Part shown: piece by piece, positions 9,061 to 20,464 of the stretch | Numbering within the stretch: the first letter of the stretch is position 1 | Layout of the letters: every line of letters begins with the position of its first letter | Source: an uncultured Chloroflexia bacterium | GTDB taxonomy: Bacteria > Chloroflexota > Chloroflexia > QHBQ01 > JADMIH01 | DNA length: 64,000 nt | Assembly: GCA_963811305.1 (NCBI GenBank) | Contig: CAWEQU010000008.1 | Span: forward strand, 166,587 to 230,586 | Direction of reading: 5' to 3' | Translations under genes and position numbers: made by a program | Notes under the pieces: model-generated | Told to the model about the DNA's origin: nothing | The model's input: the letters and a program-made list of their open reading frames with translations, nothing else | Database searches by the model: none

Positions 9061-11318
9061 TTGAGTATAACCATTGAAGGTAGCCAGCCCATAACGCTGG
9101 CTACGCCCACCCCTGAGACAAACCTCCCCTACGTCGCCAATCCTTATGCCTATAAGCGTCGCCAGACCCGCGAGGTCATGGTCGGCAAGGTAGGCGTGGG
9201 AGGGAATAACCCCATACGGGTACAGTCGATGACCACCACTCCCACCCAGGACGTGGAGGCCACCCTCGCCCAGACCATCAGGCTCGTAGAAGCGGGCTGC
9301 GAGATCGTGCGCATCACCACGCCCGGCACGAAGGACGCCCGCGCCCTCGGCGAGGTAAAGCAGCGCCTCCTCAAGATGGGCCTTGACGTGCCCCTGGTGG
9401 CCGACATCCATTTCAACCCCTCAGCCGCGATGGAGGCTGCGCTCTACGCCGACAAGGTGCGCATCAACCCCGGCAATTTCGCTGACGCCAAGGTGTTCGC
9501 GGTCAGGGAGTATACCGACGCGGAATACGAGGCGGAGCTTCTTCGCATCGAGGAGAAGTTCAGACCCGTAATCTTACGCTGCAAAGAGCGCGGCGTCTCC
9601 ATGCGCATCGGCACCAATCACGGCTCCCTCTCCGACCGCATTATGAACCGCTTCGGCGACACCCCAGAAGGGATGGTCGAATCGGCCCTGGAGTTCACCG
9701 CGCTCTGCCGCAAGTACGACTACCACGAAATCATCTTCTCGATGAAGGCCAGCAACCCCAAGGTGATGATAGCCGCCTACCGCCTTCTGGTAGCGCGCCT
9801 TGACGCGTTGGGGTGGAATTACCCGCTCCACCTGGGTGTGACCGAAGCGGGCAACGCCGAAGATGGGCGCATCAAGTCGGCCATCGGTATAGGCTCGCTG
9901 CTCGATGACGGGCTGGGAGATACAGTGCGCGTTTCTCTTACCGAGGAGCCTGAGTTCGAGATACCTGTGGCTTTCGAGTTGGTCAAGCCGTATAACCAGC
10001 TAAGTCCAAAGTCCAAAGTCCAAAGTTCAGAGTCGAATGGCAGCCACTCCTCAGTCCTACAGTCCTCAAGTCCTCAGTCCTCTCAACAGAGCCGCTACCC
10101 GACCTGCGCGATCCCTATCATTACAGTCCCAGGCGCACATACGAGGTGGCTACAGGCGCTGTGAAAGTGGGCGGTATGCAGCCTGTGACAGTCGTAGCCA
10201 CGGTTGGTGAGCCTTCCGAGTGGCCGGATGGGGACCTCTTCAGGGCAGTTGCAGACCTGGCGCGACGTAAAGGGCAAAATGCGATACGCCCCGACCTGAT
10301 ATGCATCCCCCTCTCCGGCATGGAAGCAATAGCCCCTCTGGCTGAAGAGTTGAGAAGGCGTAGCGAGGAAGAAGACCCAGGCGCTGGCAAATCTGCGCTC
10401 GGCTTGATTGTAGATGCGGGGGATGACTACCCTGGGGCAGCTAATATCGCCCCGCAACTGGCGGGAATCGGCGGCCTCAAGCTGCGGGCTGCCTCTTCCA
10501 GACAGGTTGATTGGCAAGACTATGAGCAGTGCGTCAAAACTGCTATTCAGGCGCGCATCCCCCTGTGGCTCGAAGCGCGAGAGGATCGTGGCAACGCGGA
10601 ATTGCTCGATGCCGTAATCGATGGCACCGAACGCTTTGAGGTAGTGGACCTTGCCCTGGAGATGGCCGCACGCGCTCACGCGCTTGGGCACAGGGGCCTC
10701 ACTTTGTCCCTCTTCGCACAGGACCCCGCTCCGTCCTTCCTGGTGCGTGCATACCGCTTGCTCAACACCAAACTGACAGAGGCGGGTCGCAAGTACCCTC
10801 TCCACATCGAAGATTCTGCCGTAGAAAATGGGGAGGTAATACACAACCAACATTCTGACCCCTGGCTGCTTGAGCCTTCGATAGTAATAGGGTTGCTCCT
10901 GTGCGACGGCATCGGCAACAGCATCGAGATCGCCGGCGACGGCACTCCCGATGAGCGCGTGGCCCTCGCCTTCAACGTCCTGCAAGCCTCTGGCTCCCGC
11001 GTCATCAAGGCAGAGTTCGTCGCCTGCCCATCGTGCGGGCGCACCCTCTTCGACTTACAGGAGACCACCGAGCGAATCAAGCGCGCGACCGGGCATCTGC
11101 GCGGCGTGAAGATAGCCGTCATGGGCTGCATCGTCAACGGCCTGGGGGAGCTTGCCGATGCCGACTTCGGCTATATGGGCGGCGCTCCCGGCAAAATCAA
11201 CCTCTTCGTCGGCAAAGAATGCGTCGAAAAGGGCGTGCCCACCGAGCAGGCCGTAGACCGCTTGATAGACCTCATCAAAGCACGCGACAAGTGGGTGGAG
11301 GCACCTGCCGGGCGCTAA
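9061..11318 (+). CDS. ispG: 4-hydroxy-3-methylbut-2-en-1-yl diphosphate synthase, long form; frameshift near 10090-10146
   Basis: [40 protein letters not shown]; C-terminal [16 protein letters not shown]. Confidence 0.95.
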
Positions 11319-11351
11319 GTCGCCCCCAGGTAATCATATTTCCTTACAAAG

Positions 11352-12269
11352 ATGGACGAGTATAATCGCCTTTCCCCGCTTTTTGGGGTTAGTATCACTC
11401 CAACCGCACGGAACGCCCGGCAGTTGCTGGAGTTGGCCCGCGTTGCAGATACCCTAAGCCTCGACCTGCTTGGCGTGCAGGACCACCCATACAACGCGAC
11501 CTTTCTGGAGACCTGGACCCTACTCTCCATCATAGCCGGGCAGACAGATCACATCAAGCTGCTACCGGACGTTGCGAACCTCCCTCTGCGCCCGCCTGCT
11601 ATGCTCGCAAAAGCAGCAGCCTCGCTCGATCTGTTGGCAGGTGGGCGCGTAGAACTGGGTCTTGGAGCGGGCGCCTTCTGGGACGGGATCGCGGCCTATG
11701 GTGGTCCACGCCGCACTCCAGGCGAAGCCGTAGACGCGTTGCGCGAAGGCATCGAAATCATGCGCCTGCTGTGGAACACCCCCATGAGCCAGACCATCAA
11801 CTTTTCTGGGAAATATTACAGCCTGAATGGAGCCAGGGGAGGCCCTGCGCCTGCACATGACATCGGCATCTGGCTGGGCGCGCTGGGGCCGAGAATGCTC
11901 CGCCTGACCGGAGAAGTGGCTGATGGCTGGATTGTTTCGGCAAGCTATCTTCCTCCTGTGGAGGCAATCGAGAGGGGAAAAGTCATAAACGAAGCCGCCC
12001 AGGCTGCCGGGCGCAGCCCGAACGCTATAAGGCGTGCGTATAACCTCGGCGGCGTAATCTTGCGCCCCGGGCAGGACAATCTACGCGCTAATCGTCCCGG
12101 AGTCCTGGTCGGCCCGCCGCAGGAATGGGTCGATACTATTGCACGCTATTACAATGAAATAGGTATGGATACCTTTATATTCTGGCCTGCCGGTGGCGAG
12201 GAGGAGCAGCAGTTCCGCCTCTTCGCTGAGGAGGTTGTGCCCGCAGCACGAAGAGCCATCGGTAGCTGA
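11352..12269 (+). CDS. LLM class flavin-dependent oxidoreductase
   Basis: QDHPY, LRPPAMLAKAAASLDLLAGGRVELGLGAG, ADGW. Confidence 0.9.
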   Translation: MDEYNRLSPLFGVSITPTARNARQLLELARVADTLSLDLLGVQDHPYNATFLETWTLLSIIAGQTDHIKLLPDVANLPLRPPAMLAKAAASLDLLAGGRVELGLGAGAFWDGIAAYGGPRRTPGEAVDALREGIEIMRLLWNTPMSQTINFSGKYYSLNGARGGPAPAHDIGIWLGALGPRMLRLTGEVADGWIVSASYLPPVEAIERGKVINEAAQAAGRSPNAIRRAYNLGGVILRPGQDNLRANRPGVLVGPPQEWVDTIARYYNEIGMDTFIFWPAGGEEEQQFRLFAEEVVPAARRAIGS

Positions 12270-12326
12270 ACAATGAATCTTGAGTAGGAGCGTAGCGACG
12301 CTACGCAAACAGCCGCTATAGGAGGT

Positions 12327-12851
12327 TTGATAGTGATAGAAGTGGAGGAAGCCACACCTAACCCGCGTGGGGAGGCACTTGTGGAGGAACTGCGTTGGGT
12401 CCACAATATCATTCGGAGCAACCTGGCGACGGTCGAGGCGCTCGTCTCGAGGATCAACGAGGGCGCTCCGGCTGAGGAAATCCGAGAAGAGATTGACGAG
12501 CTTGCACACACCAGCGCTCTATGGACCCTGCGTGTAAACTGCCTGCGCTATTGCAGCCTCGTGCACCACCATCACAAGCTCGAGGACACCGCGCTATTTC
12601 CGGGGCTGCGCCGCGTGAACCCTGCACTCTGCCCGGTAATAGACAAGCTGGAAGCCGACCACGACCTCGTCGCACAACAGTTGGAAAAGATCGAAGCGGC
12701 GAACGTGCGCATTATGAAAGATGAATCGGCCAGAGTTGAGCTCGCTAATGAGCTAAAGGTGCTGAGCGAGCATTTACTCGCGCACCTGGAGTATGAAGAG
12801 GCCAGCATCAGCCCAACTTTGCGCCGCCTCGACAGTTGGCCGCTGGATTGA
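12327..12851 (+). CDS. Hemerythrin-domain protein
   Basis: HHHHKLED..LFP, LEADH, HLEYEE. Confidence 0.85.
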   Translation: MIVIEVEEATPNPRGEALVEELRWVHNIIRSNLATVEALVSRINEGAPAEEIREEIDELAHTSALWTLRVNCLRYCSLVHHHHKLEDTALFPGLRRVNPALCPVIDKLEADHDLVAQQLEKIEAANVRIMKDESARVELANELKVLSEHLLAHLEYEEASISPTLRRLDSWPLD

Positions 12852-12960
12852 CAGAGCTGAGCAGTGAGATTGTCGCGGCCGTGGGGCCAGTCATGGTAGG
12901 TAATAAAACATGAGACATCCCGAATTTTCAGCAAACGTGATGACATAGCACTTCTCTTGA

Positions 12961-13017
12961 AAAAAGCATCAAAAATGAGGTTCCTGCTGAGCAGGAACCT
13001 CATTTTTGATGCTTTTT
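12961..13017. terminator. 27-bp-stem bidirectional terminator
   Basis: AAAAAGCATCAAAAATGAGGTTCCTGC / exact reverse complement, between convergent genes. Confidence 0.75.
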
Positions 13018-13045
13018 CAGAACTCCCTTCCCCAATTATGCTTAC

Positions 13046-14884
13046 CTATGGTCTGGGAGTAGGGGTCGGGGGCACGAGAGTGCCGAAGTCTACTACACCG
13101 GCATCCTCGGCTACCTGGCGCAGAGGATCGTAGAACGCGTCTGTCACAGGGGCGAGGTCATCGATCTGGTACAGAGAGTAGAGCAGCTGGTGGCCGCGCT
13201 GGCTGGAAGTTACTTCCAACAGGCCCTGCTGGATCTGCTTTACCATCTCAGCCGTCAGGCCCTTGCGGACCGATACGGTGTCGTTCGGGATCTGAGACAA
13301 CTCATATATGATGCGGACCTTCTGGAACACGTCCTTGAAGGTGCCCGCGACCAGACTGCGAGCGTCGGTGGGTAGCCCGGTCAGAGGATCGAGTGGGCCG
13401 CCGAACATCGCGCCACCGGATACGCTGCCATTGTATACAGCCGTCGCCACGCGGTCATGGCCCCCGGCGAAGACGACATCGCTGAAGAACTCCTTGGGGT
13501 CAGTCTTGAACAGACCTGCATTCTTCAGCGCGGCGTAGGGATAGAGATAACCCGACGACGACAACGGGTCAACGAAGGCGAACTTCTTACCCTTCAGGTC
13601 AGCGAGGGTCTTTACGTTGGCATCGGCGGTGACGATAACCGAGGGATATGTCAGGAAGCCCTTGCGGACCGTCGCCAGTATGACCGAAGCGCCATACTTC
13701 TGGTGGCCGACGGCGTACTGTAGAGGCGCGAGCCAGGCTACGTCGGTGTTTTCAGCGCCTATCGAGGTGAGCACTGCCGCGTAGGAGGTAGGCACGTCCA
13801 CCTTGAAGGAGTAGCCGGTAACCTGGCCGAGGAGGTCGCCCAGGGGCTTGCCGCTCGCCAGGATAGTTGTGCTGTTGGCTGAGGGGGCGAAGGCCATCTT
13901 GATGGGGTTCTCCGGCGAGCCAAGCTGGCCTGCCGCGACCTTAATCGGGGTTACATTGGCATTTACGAAATTCTGCTGGCCCGCGTTCTTGTAGCGCCAG
14001 TCGTAGTAGTGAGCGCCGATGTTGCCCATCGCTACACGCCACTCAGGGGCTGCGGAAGGCTGGAAGGTAAGCACGCGGCGCTGGAAGAGCTGGATCAGCA
14101 CGTCTTCCTGCTTGCCGGCAATCTTCACGGTCGCCCAGTATGGCTCGGAGATGGCGAAGCCGGTGGTGTAGAACCAGGGGTCGGAGAGCTTGCCGTTGAC
14201 CGTCTTGCCATCAGCGCCTACGATGGGGCCGGAGATGTTCAGGAACTCCCAGAACTTGTCGGCGATGTTGTGCTTGGTTTCCTCGTTGTAGAAGCCATAC
14301 TTGGCGCCATACTTCTCCTTGGAGGCGTCACGGCCGGTGATACCCGCCTTGTTGACGTATTCGTTGATAACCTGGCCTGTCCTATTGAGCGCCGGGTGGT
14401 CGCCCAAGGGCGAGTTGGCGATCAGGCCAAAGGAGGCATAGGTGGGTGCGGTAGTATCGTCGTTGTCGGAAGCGAGGGGAATGTGAGCCGAATAGCGAGT
14501 CTCATACTGGTTGTTGCCGATTTGCATCTTGCCTGAGACTAGCTCTACAGTGAGAAGGCCGTTGGTGACGAAGAACGGGCTGTTCTTGTCTCCCTTGGGG
14601 TCGTTGATCTCCATGCGGCTCTTGTCGAAGTACTGGACCTTGCGCTCGCCGCCGTCGCCCTCGGCGTAGCGCTCCATCTTGGTCTCGCCCGCGGTCGGTC
14701 CCCAGTACCACGACCGCACCACGGTCTTATCGGCTACCGGCTTATCGGTGCGCGTCCAGGTGCTCTGGAACGCCGGGTCCGCGAAATCTGCCGCCGCAGC
14801 AGGCGCGGGCCTATAGAGTGCTACCGCGGGCACGAGCAATGTCGTAAGCGCGGCGGCTGTCAGGAACCGTTGTGTCTTTGCCAA
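13046..14884 (-). CDS. Phosphate/phosphite/phosphonate ABC substrate-binding protein fused to a Chloroflexi surface domain
   Basis: Signal peptide; N-domain VQYFDKSRMEI..GNIGAHYYDWRY; C-domain LADLKGKKFAFVDPLSSSGYLYP, FAGGHD, IPND. Confidence 0.85.
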   Translation of the reverse strand: MAKTQRFLTAAALTTLLVPAVALYRPAPAAAADFADPAFQSTWTRTDKPVADKTVVRSWYWGPTAGETKMERYAEGDGGERKVQYFDKSRMEINDPKGDKNSPFFVTNGLLTVELVSGKMQIGNNQYETRYSAHIPLASDNDDTTAPTYASFGLIANSPLGDHPALNRTGQVINEYVNKAGITGRDASKEKYGAKYGFYNEETKHNIADKFWEFLNISGPIVGADGKTVNGKLSDPWFYTTGFAISEPYWATVKIAGKQEDVLIQLFQRRVLTFQPSAAPEWRVAMGNIGAHYYDWRYKNAGQQNFVNANVTPIKVAAGQLGSPENPIKMAFAPSANSTTILASGKPLGDLLGQVTGYSFKVDVPTSYAAVLTSIGAENTDVAWLAPLQYAVGHQKYGASVILATVRKGFLTYPSVIVTADANVKTLADLKGKKFAFVDPLSSSGYLYPYAALKNAGLFKTDPKEFFSDVVFAGGHDRVATAVYNGSVSGGAMFGGPLDPLTGLPTDARSLVAGTFKDVFQKVRIIYELSQIPNDTVSVRKGLTAEMVKQIQQGLLEVTSSQRGHQLLYSLYQIDDLAPVTDAFYDPLRQVAEDAGVVDFGTLVPPTPTPRP

Positions 14885-15142
14885 TGCTTTGCTCCTCTTC
14901 TCCCTGTGGGTATATAAAGGCTCTTCCTACGCAGGATGGCCGTGCGCACCACAAGCATTGTAGGGCACATCACAGCGCATCACAGCCCCACCTATTTGGC
15001 AGGCCGTATAAGATTATATCATAACTGCGCCACGATTTAAGTCCCATTTTCGATAAAGGAAAAAGGATAAGGGAAAAAGGATAAAGGGCACGTATCTATT
15101 TTCACACTTTTCTTTTATCCTTTATCCCTTATCCTTTTTCCT

Positions 15143-15505
15143 TTACCCCGGCGGCCATTGGAGCTTGCGGCCACCGAGGACGTGGAGGTGGAGATGGTCA
15201 ACGCTCTGGCCTGCGTCGTCGCCTGTGTTTATTACCACGCGGAAGCCGGAGTCGCTTATGCCCATCACCTGGGCGACCTCGTTGCAGGAAGCCAGGAGAT
15301 GCCCCAGCAGCCCCTCGTGACTCAAGTCTGCCTCCCACAGCGCGGTCATGTGGAAACGTGGGATGACCAGCACGTGTACGGGAGCCTGCGCGTGTATATC
15401 CTTGAACGCCACCACTGCGTCGTCCTGGTACACAATATCCGCCCTGACCAGTCCCTTGACCACTTTGCAAAAGATGCACGTATCTGAATAGCCTCGCTCG
15501 TTCAT
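15143..15505 (-). CDS. Histidine triad nucleotide-binding protein (HinT)
   Basis: CIFCK, GQSVDHLHLHVLGGRKLQWPPG. Confidence 0.93.
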   Translation of the reverse strand: MNERGYSDTCIFCKVVKGLVRADIVYQDDAVVAFKDIHAQAPVHVLVIPRFHMTALWEADLSHEGLLGHLLASCNEVAQVMGISDSGFRVVINTGDDAGQSVDHLHLHVLGGRKLQWPPG

Positions 15506-15636
15506 TCAAACCTCCTCGGTATAATTACGACCTGCGAACACCTACCGAATCCTCGACCCCAACACCTGCTATTGCTGTACCAGCGACATCCAAAAAGCGA
15601 AATACTTGAAGAAAAGGTTGACATTTCCTTTCATAG

Positions 15637-16181
15637 TCAGGCTTCGGCTCTCATCTTTATTGCTTCATGTATAGCGCGAAGTGCCTTTTCAGCGTGCCAC
15701 TTGTCCAACCATATGTAATCAGTTTCATGCTGCCAACTGCTTCCTTCAGTATCTTTGAGAGTGATTTTTATCTTGTAAACGGTACTGGGACTCTTAACAA
15801 TGGCGAGAGTATAAGTTATCGCCGAAAGCACTAACAGAAGTATCGCTGCCAAAATAAAGAGAGTCCGCAATTCCCCCTGTGGTGCAAACTCGATCAATAT
15901 GAGAGCCGATGCAGCAAAAGCAAGCCCAAAAAAGATCCCATTATGAGTTTCCTGTTCAAAGGGACACCCGAGACTATCATCTGGCTTGGCACTACTTCGG
16001 CATCCTGAACACGTTCAATCGACCAAGCTTCTTTACCGAGGACCAAGCGTCTGTCTGTGACCAGCACCCCTCCTCCGAAAAGTCTAAGATAGGAGTAGCG
16101 GTAAATTACCCGCCCGTCGGTATTCCTTTGCAACTGAGACGATACCGCTGCATCTTCGGAATTGCCTGGCAATAAATGCAT
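15637..16181 (-). CDS. Hypothetical membrane protein (DUF6232-like), frameshift near 15900
   Basis: VLVTDRRLV..WSIERV plus two TM segments over two overlapping ORFs. Confidence 0.45.
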
Positions 16182-16228
16182 CTAAATAACTTCCTTGAAT
16201 GTGCGCGTAAAGCTCATTCATCTATCAC

Positions 16229-19201
16229 CTAACGCCGCTCTTCCTTAGCCCTACGCAAGCGGGATGCCAGGTTCTCACTCTCACTAGGAGGTAAAGCCTC
16301 CAACTGTTCAGCCCTGGGTATTGGTATCGGGGCTGGTGAAGCAGCGCGCTCTAAGGGTGGTGCAGGCAAATCGCGTGCCCGTGCTTCCTCAGCTTCTGGA
16401 GGCGGAGATATAGGCTGTCTTGAAGGTCGTTCTCCATCGTCCATCGTCCGTCGTCCGTCGTCCGCACCAGCGAAGCGCCCACGGGTGCGGCCCTTCGCAC
16501 TGAACAAAGCAGCCATTTCCGGCGTGCTGGCCCCAACACCTCCAGAGGCCAAAGCTGGCTGCGGCCTGTCGAGGCCCAATCGCCCACGAAGCTCCCGCAA
16601 GGCGCGAGCGGCGTCGGCCCGCGACATCGCCACTCGCCGCACGCCCACATCCAGCGGCAGGAGCAGTATAGCCAGTAGCAGCAAGAAAGGCCATAGCTCC
16701 GTGGTGGCATTCGCCGGGTTCAAGTTGTGGTCGAGCGAAGCACGCACCCCTTCCAGGGTCAGGACCCTCCCCCCGGTGATTGACGCGAGGCGTGCTAGTA
16801 AGCCATTATCGCTTGCCCCACCCCGGTACTCAGGGGAATAGGGCACAACCACGCCCAATGTCTGGCTCAACTTACCCCCATCTTGAGCGCCCGCCTGCAC
16901 CTGCACCAGATAAGCGCCCTCCTGCGGCACAGGGAAGCGACCCTCGTACCGGCCCGCCCCCGTTTGCCGCAGTTGGACCGTAGCCGTTACCTGCCCAGGC
17001 CCTAGCACGGTCACGCCCGTAGAGAGGTCGTTCAAATAGGTTCCATCGGGCGCGGTGGCGTCTACTATGATATGCGCTGTGCCACCTTCCAACGTCACAC
17101 TCGGTTGCAGGGCGCTGGCGGCTTCCGCCCCGGTGCTCCAGCGCACGGCTTGCGCCCAGAATCGCTGGTAGTCCTGCCAGGTTACCCACTCTTTCGCCCA
17201 ACGGCCCGTCGCGTCCGAAGTCCATGCGACTACCCTCCCCAACCCGTACTGCCATTGAGCCAGCAGTGGATCGCCCGCGTCCGTCACCAGCACTATCTGC
17301 CCGCCCGCCTTCTGAGACGTGCCGACATAGCCGTTCAAGGCAGGCAATCCGCCGAGGCCCTCCAGGATTGGCGAGGGAGAGGTGCGCCCCGGCGTGAAGG
17401 AGTGTTCTATGATGTACGAGCGCGCCGCGAGGTGGCTCTCCTGGGCGAATATCTGGGGGAGGGCGTTACCGTCCTCGGTGTAATAATAACGCCCCTTGCC
17501 CGCAACGGCGAGCGCCTTCAGCAGATCGGTGTCCGCGTCAGCCCCCACCGCCACCGTGGAGAGGGTGATATTGTTTGCCGACATCTTCCCCACCAGCCCA
17601 TCGTAATCGCCCCCTTCGGACACACCATCAGTCAGCAGGACGATATGCCTGCTTTTGGCTTTGCTTGCGATTAGAGCATCTACGGCGGGGGCGAGGCCCG
17701 CGTAGATATTTGTGCCGCCCCCTGAGGTGATGCCGCCGATACGGCTCTGCAACTTTGTGGGGTCGCCGAGGGGCTGCATAGGTATCACCCAATCGGCGGC
17801 GCTGTCGAAGGTGATCACGCCCACGTAATCGCGGTCGCTCAGTTGGGCAATTGCCCTGTAAGCCGCTTCCTTCGCAAGCTCGATCTTCTTCACACCCCCA
17901 CCGCTCCCGCCGTGGGACGCCTCCATACTGCCCGACCTGTCTATAACCAGGGCCATGCCTACGCTCGGTATATCTAGCTTGGAGGGAAGGTTGAGGTCCA
18001 CAGGCAACATCGCTTCGAGAGGAGTGCGGAAGTAGCCGCCCGTAGCGTAACTCTCGTCACCCCCCACTACGATAAGCCCCTTGCCTAGCTCGCGCACGGC
18101 GCTTTGCAGCCCTGACATCGAACTGCTTATGAGTGACGAGGCTGGGACATTCACCAGCACGACGCCATCATACTGCACAAGCCCTTTCGTGTCGGCGGGC
18201 ATCCCAGCGGGCGTCACAAGATCAACATTGGCAGTTGCGCCAAGCGCGGCCTGAAGCTGAGCGGCTTCCCCCGCGTGCCCCTCCACTATGAGCAAGCGCG
18301 ACTTACCAAGCACGAGCGTATACGCGCTGAAAGCGTTGTTTTCACTTATGCTGTCAGCCCCTGCGGGCGGGATCACCCGCGCCTCGAACTGGTGGAAGCC
18401 CGTCGCTGCCGGGGGAAGGTCCTGCACGAAGGTGTTCTCGCCACGCGTCAGGCTCACCTCCTGTGCACCGATGGGCGCGCCGTCCATGAGTAGGAGCAGG
18501 GTGGATGTGGTATCGGTGCTGCTCGATATGCTGATTTGGAGGGATACACGCTCGTTCTCTCGCACGTGAGATGGCGCTTTGAGGCCCTCAACCCACACGT
18601 CCGGCCCACCCTGGCGTGCAAGGGAAACCACGTCCAGGGAGACGCCATGCGCCGCCACCAGCCTGGCAGCCCCCTCTGCGTCGCCCAGATTCTCTTTGCC
18701 GTCGGACAGCAACACCAGACGGCGGGCGGTATCGCCGGGCATCATAGCCAGTCCCAGGCGTATCGCGTCTGCCAGGTTGGTGTAGCCTCGTATTGGTGCG
18801 CTCGCCAGGTCTGGAGGTGTTTTATCAGGCAACACGGGCCTGTCCACCAGCGCGTCGGCCCCAAACACTACTATCCCAGCTTCATCCCCGTCTCTTAGTC
18901 CCTCAAGCGCATCGCGGACGAATGCGGCCTGTTGGGCCTCACCCACGATGCCGGTGCTGTCGGAGTGGTCCAGCAAATAGACGACGGATAGGCGGTCCGT
19001 GCTGGTAATGATCCCCAGGCCGGAGAGAGAAAGCACGAGCAAGGTGATAATAGCAACACGCAGCCCCAGGCTCCAACGCCGCCTCCCCCGCCGCAACAAA
19101 GCCATACTGGTGCGCGACAGATAGACCGCGAGTGGCACCAGCGCCACCAATAATAGCAGCGCCTCCGGTCGAGCGAGCGAGAGTCCGGCGAAAGCGTCCA
19201 T
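16229..19201 (-). CDS. Membrane protein with two vWA domains and a glutamine-amidotransferase-like domain
   Basis: LLDHSDS, VIDRSGSM MIDAS, LLSDG/LLTDG, QYGLGRVVAWTSD. Confidence 0.88.
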   Translation of the reverse strand: MDAFAGLSLARPEALLLLVALVPLAVYLSRTSMALLRRGRRRWSLGLRVAIITLLVLSLSGLGIITSTDRLSVVYLLDHSDSTGIVGEAQQAAFVRDALEGLRDGDEAGIVVFGADALVDRPVLPDKTPPDLASAPIRGYTNLADAIRLGLAMMPGDTARRLVLLSDGKENLGDAEGAARLVAAHGVSLDVVSLARQGGPDVWVEGLKAPSHVRENERVSLQISISSSTDTTSTLLLLMDGAPIGAQEVSLTRGENTFVQDLPPAATGFHQFEARVIPPAGADSISENNAFSAYTLVLGKSRLLIVEGHAGEAAQLQAALGATANVDLVTPAGMPADTKGLVQYDGVVLVNVPASSLISSSMSGLQSAVRELGKGLIVVGGDESYATGGYFRTPLEAMLPVDLNLPSKLDIPSVGMALVIDRSGSMEASHGGSGGGVKKIELAKEAAYRAIAQLSDRDYVGVITFDSAADWVIPMQPLGDPTKLQSRIGGITSGGGTNIYAGLAPAVDALIASKAKSRHIVLLTDGVSEGGDYDGLVGKMSANNITLSTVAVGADADTDLLKALAVAGKGRYYYTEDGNALPQIFAQESHLAARSYIIEHSFTPGRTSPSPILEGLGGLPALNGYVGTSQKAGGQIVLVTDAGDPLLAQWQYGLGRVVAWTSDATGRWAKEWVTWQDYQRFWAQAVRWSTGAEAASALQPSVTLEGGTAHIIVDATAPDGTYLNDLSTGVTVLGPGQVTATVQLRQTGAGRYEGRFPVPQEGAYLVQVQAGAQDGGKLSQTLGVVVPYSPEYRGGASDNGLLARLASITGGRVLTLEGVRASLDHNLNPANATTELWPFLLLLAILLLPLDVGVRRVAMSRADAARALRELRGRLGLDRPQPALASGGVGASTPEMAALFSAKGRTRGRFAGADDGRRTMDDGERPSRQPISPPPEAEEARARDLPAPPLERAASPAPIPIPRAEQLEALPPSESENLASRLRRAKEERR

Positions 19202-19225
19202 ATTCGATTATAGCATGATGGGTGG

Positions 19226-19288
19226 GTCCGAAGTCCGAAGTCCGAAGTTCAAGGTTCAAGGTTCAAGGTTCAAGGTTCAAGGTTCAAG
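19226..19288. repeat. Heptamer tandem repeats (GTCCGAA, GGTTCAA)n; inverted partner (TTTGAAC)n at 19418-19465
   Basis: Directly visible tandem 7-mers. Confidence 0.85.
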
Positions 19289-19483
19289 TTATTAATTGAA
19301 ATAGAAGTGCCTGCAAGTCTGGTATATATCCAATTTTCAGCCGTCTAAAGCATGTTTATGATATGCTACAAGTGGAAAATGCCTAACCGCGACACGCGAT
19401 ATAGACCAACCTCGCGCTTTGAACTTTAGACTTTGAACCTTGAACTTTGAACTTTGAACTTTGGACTAACTAAAGAGGAGCTT

Positions 19484-20386
19484 ATGCAGAAGCTAATCGA
19501 ATGCGTGCCTAACTTTAGCGAGGGGCGCAGGCAAGAAGTAATAGACCAGGTAGCCGGGGCGGTCAAAGGGGTCGAGGGGGTAAGGCTGCTCGACGTTTCG
19601 CCCAACCCCGACCACAATCGTACCGTGCTGACCTTCGTCGGACCTCCTGACGCAGTGGCCGAGGCAGCTTTCGCCGCCACCGCCGAGGCCGTCAAGCTGA
19701 TAGACATGGAGAAGCATAAGGGAGAGCACCCGCGCATGGGTGCTATGGACGTGGTGCCTTTTATCCCCATCTCCGGCATGACGATGCAAGAGGCGGTGGA
19801 GATGGCGAACCAGGTAGGGCAGCGGATAGCAGAGGAGCTAGGAGTGCCTGTCTACCTCTACAGCGCTGCTGCTACCACTCCCGCCCGAAAGAAGCTTCCA
19901 GACGTGCGCCAGGGCCAGTACGAGGGCCTCAAGGAGAGCATCTCGATGCCTGAGCGCAAGCCCGACTATGGAGAGCCGAAGATGCACCCCACCGCAGGCG
20001 CAACCGCAGTAGGAGCGCGCCCGCCCCTTATCGCCTTCAACGTCAACCTGGGAACAACTAATTTACAGATAGCGAAGGACATAGCAAAGGGCTTGCGGGA
20101 GAGCAGCGGCGGCCTGGTGAACGTACAGGCGATGGGAGTTGACCTCGCCGCGGAAGGGCTGTCGCAGGTCTCGATGAACCTGCTTGATTACACCAAGACC
20201 CCTATCCACCGCGCCTACGAGCTTGTGCGCGTGGAAGCCGAGCGTTACGGCGTGCCGGTCGTCGGCAGCGAGATAGTGGGCCTCGTGCCACTGGATGCCC
20301 TGGTCGGCCTGGTAGATTTCTACCTGCGCCTGAAGGGATTCAACCGCAGCCAGGTGCTTGAAGCGAGGTTGCTGGAAGAAGAGTGA
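19484..20386 (+). CDS. ftcD: Glutamate formiminotransferase
   Basis: LIECVPNFSEGR, DHNRTV, HPRMGAMDVVPF, QVSMNL. Confidence 0.93.
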   Translation: MQKLIECVPNFSEGRRQEVIDQVAGAVKGVEGVRLLDVSPNPDHNRTVLTFVGPPDAVAEAAFAATAEAVKLIDMEKHKGEHPRMGAMDVVPFIPISGMTMQEAVEMANQVGQRIAEELGVPVYLYSAAATTPARKKLPDVRQGQYEGLKESISMPERKPDYGEPKMHPTAGATAVGARPPLIAFNVNLGTTNLQIAKDIAKGLRESSGGLVNVQAMGVDLAAEGLSQVSMNLLDYTKTPIHRAYELVRVEAERYGVPVVGSEIVGLVPLDALVGLVDFYLRLKGFNRSQVLEARLLEEE

Positions 20387-20464
20387 GACCTCGTGGGGCA
20401 ATCCCCTTTTTCTTTGCTTGGTTAGAATTGCTCCTTTGATCTCCTTTGATGTAGAATGTAGTCC

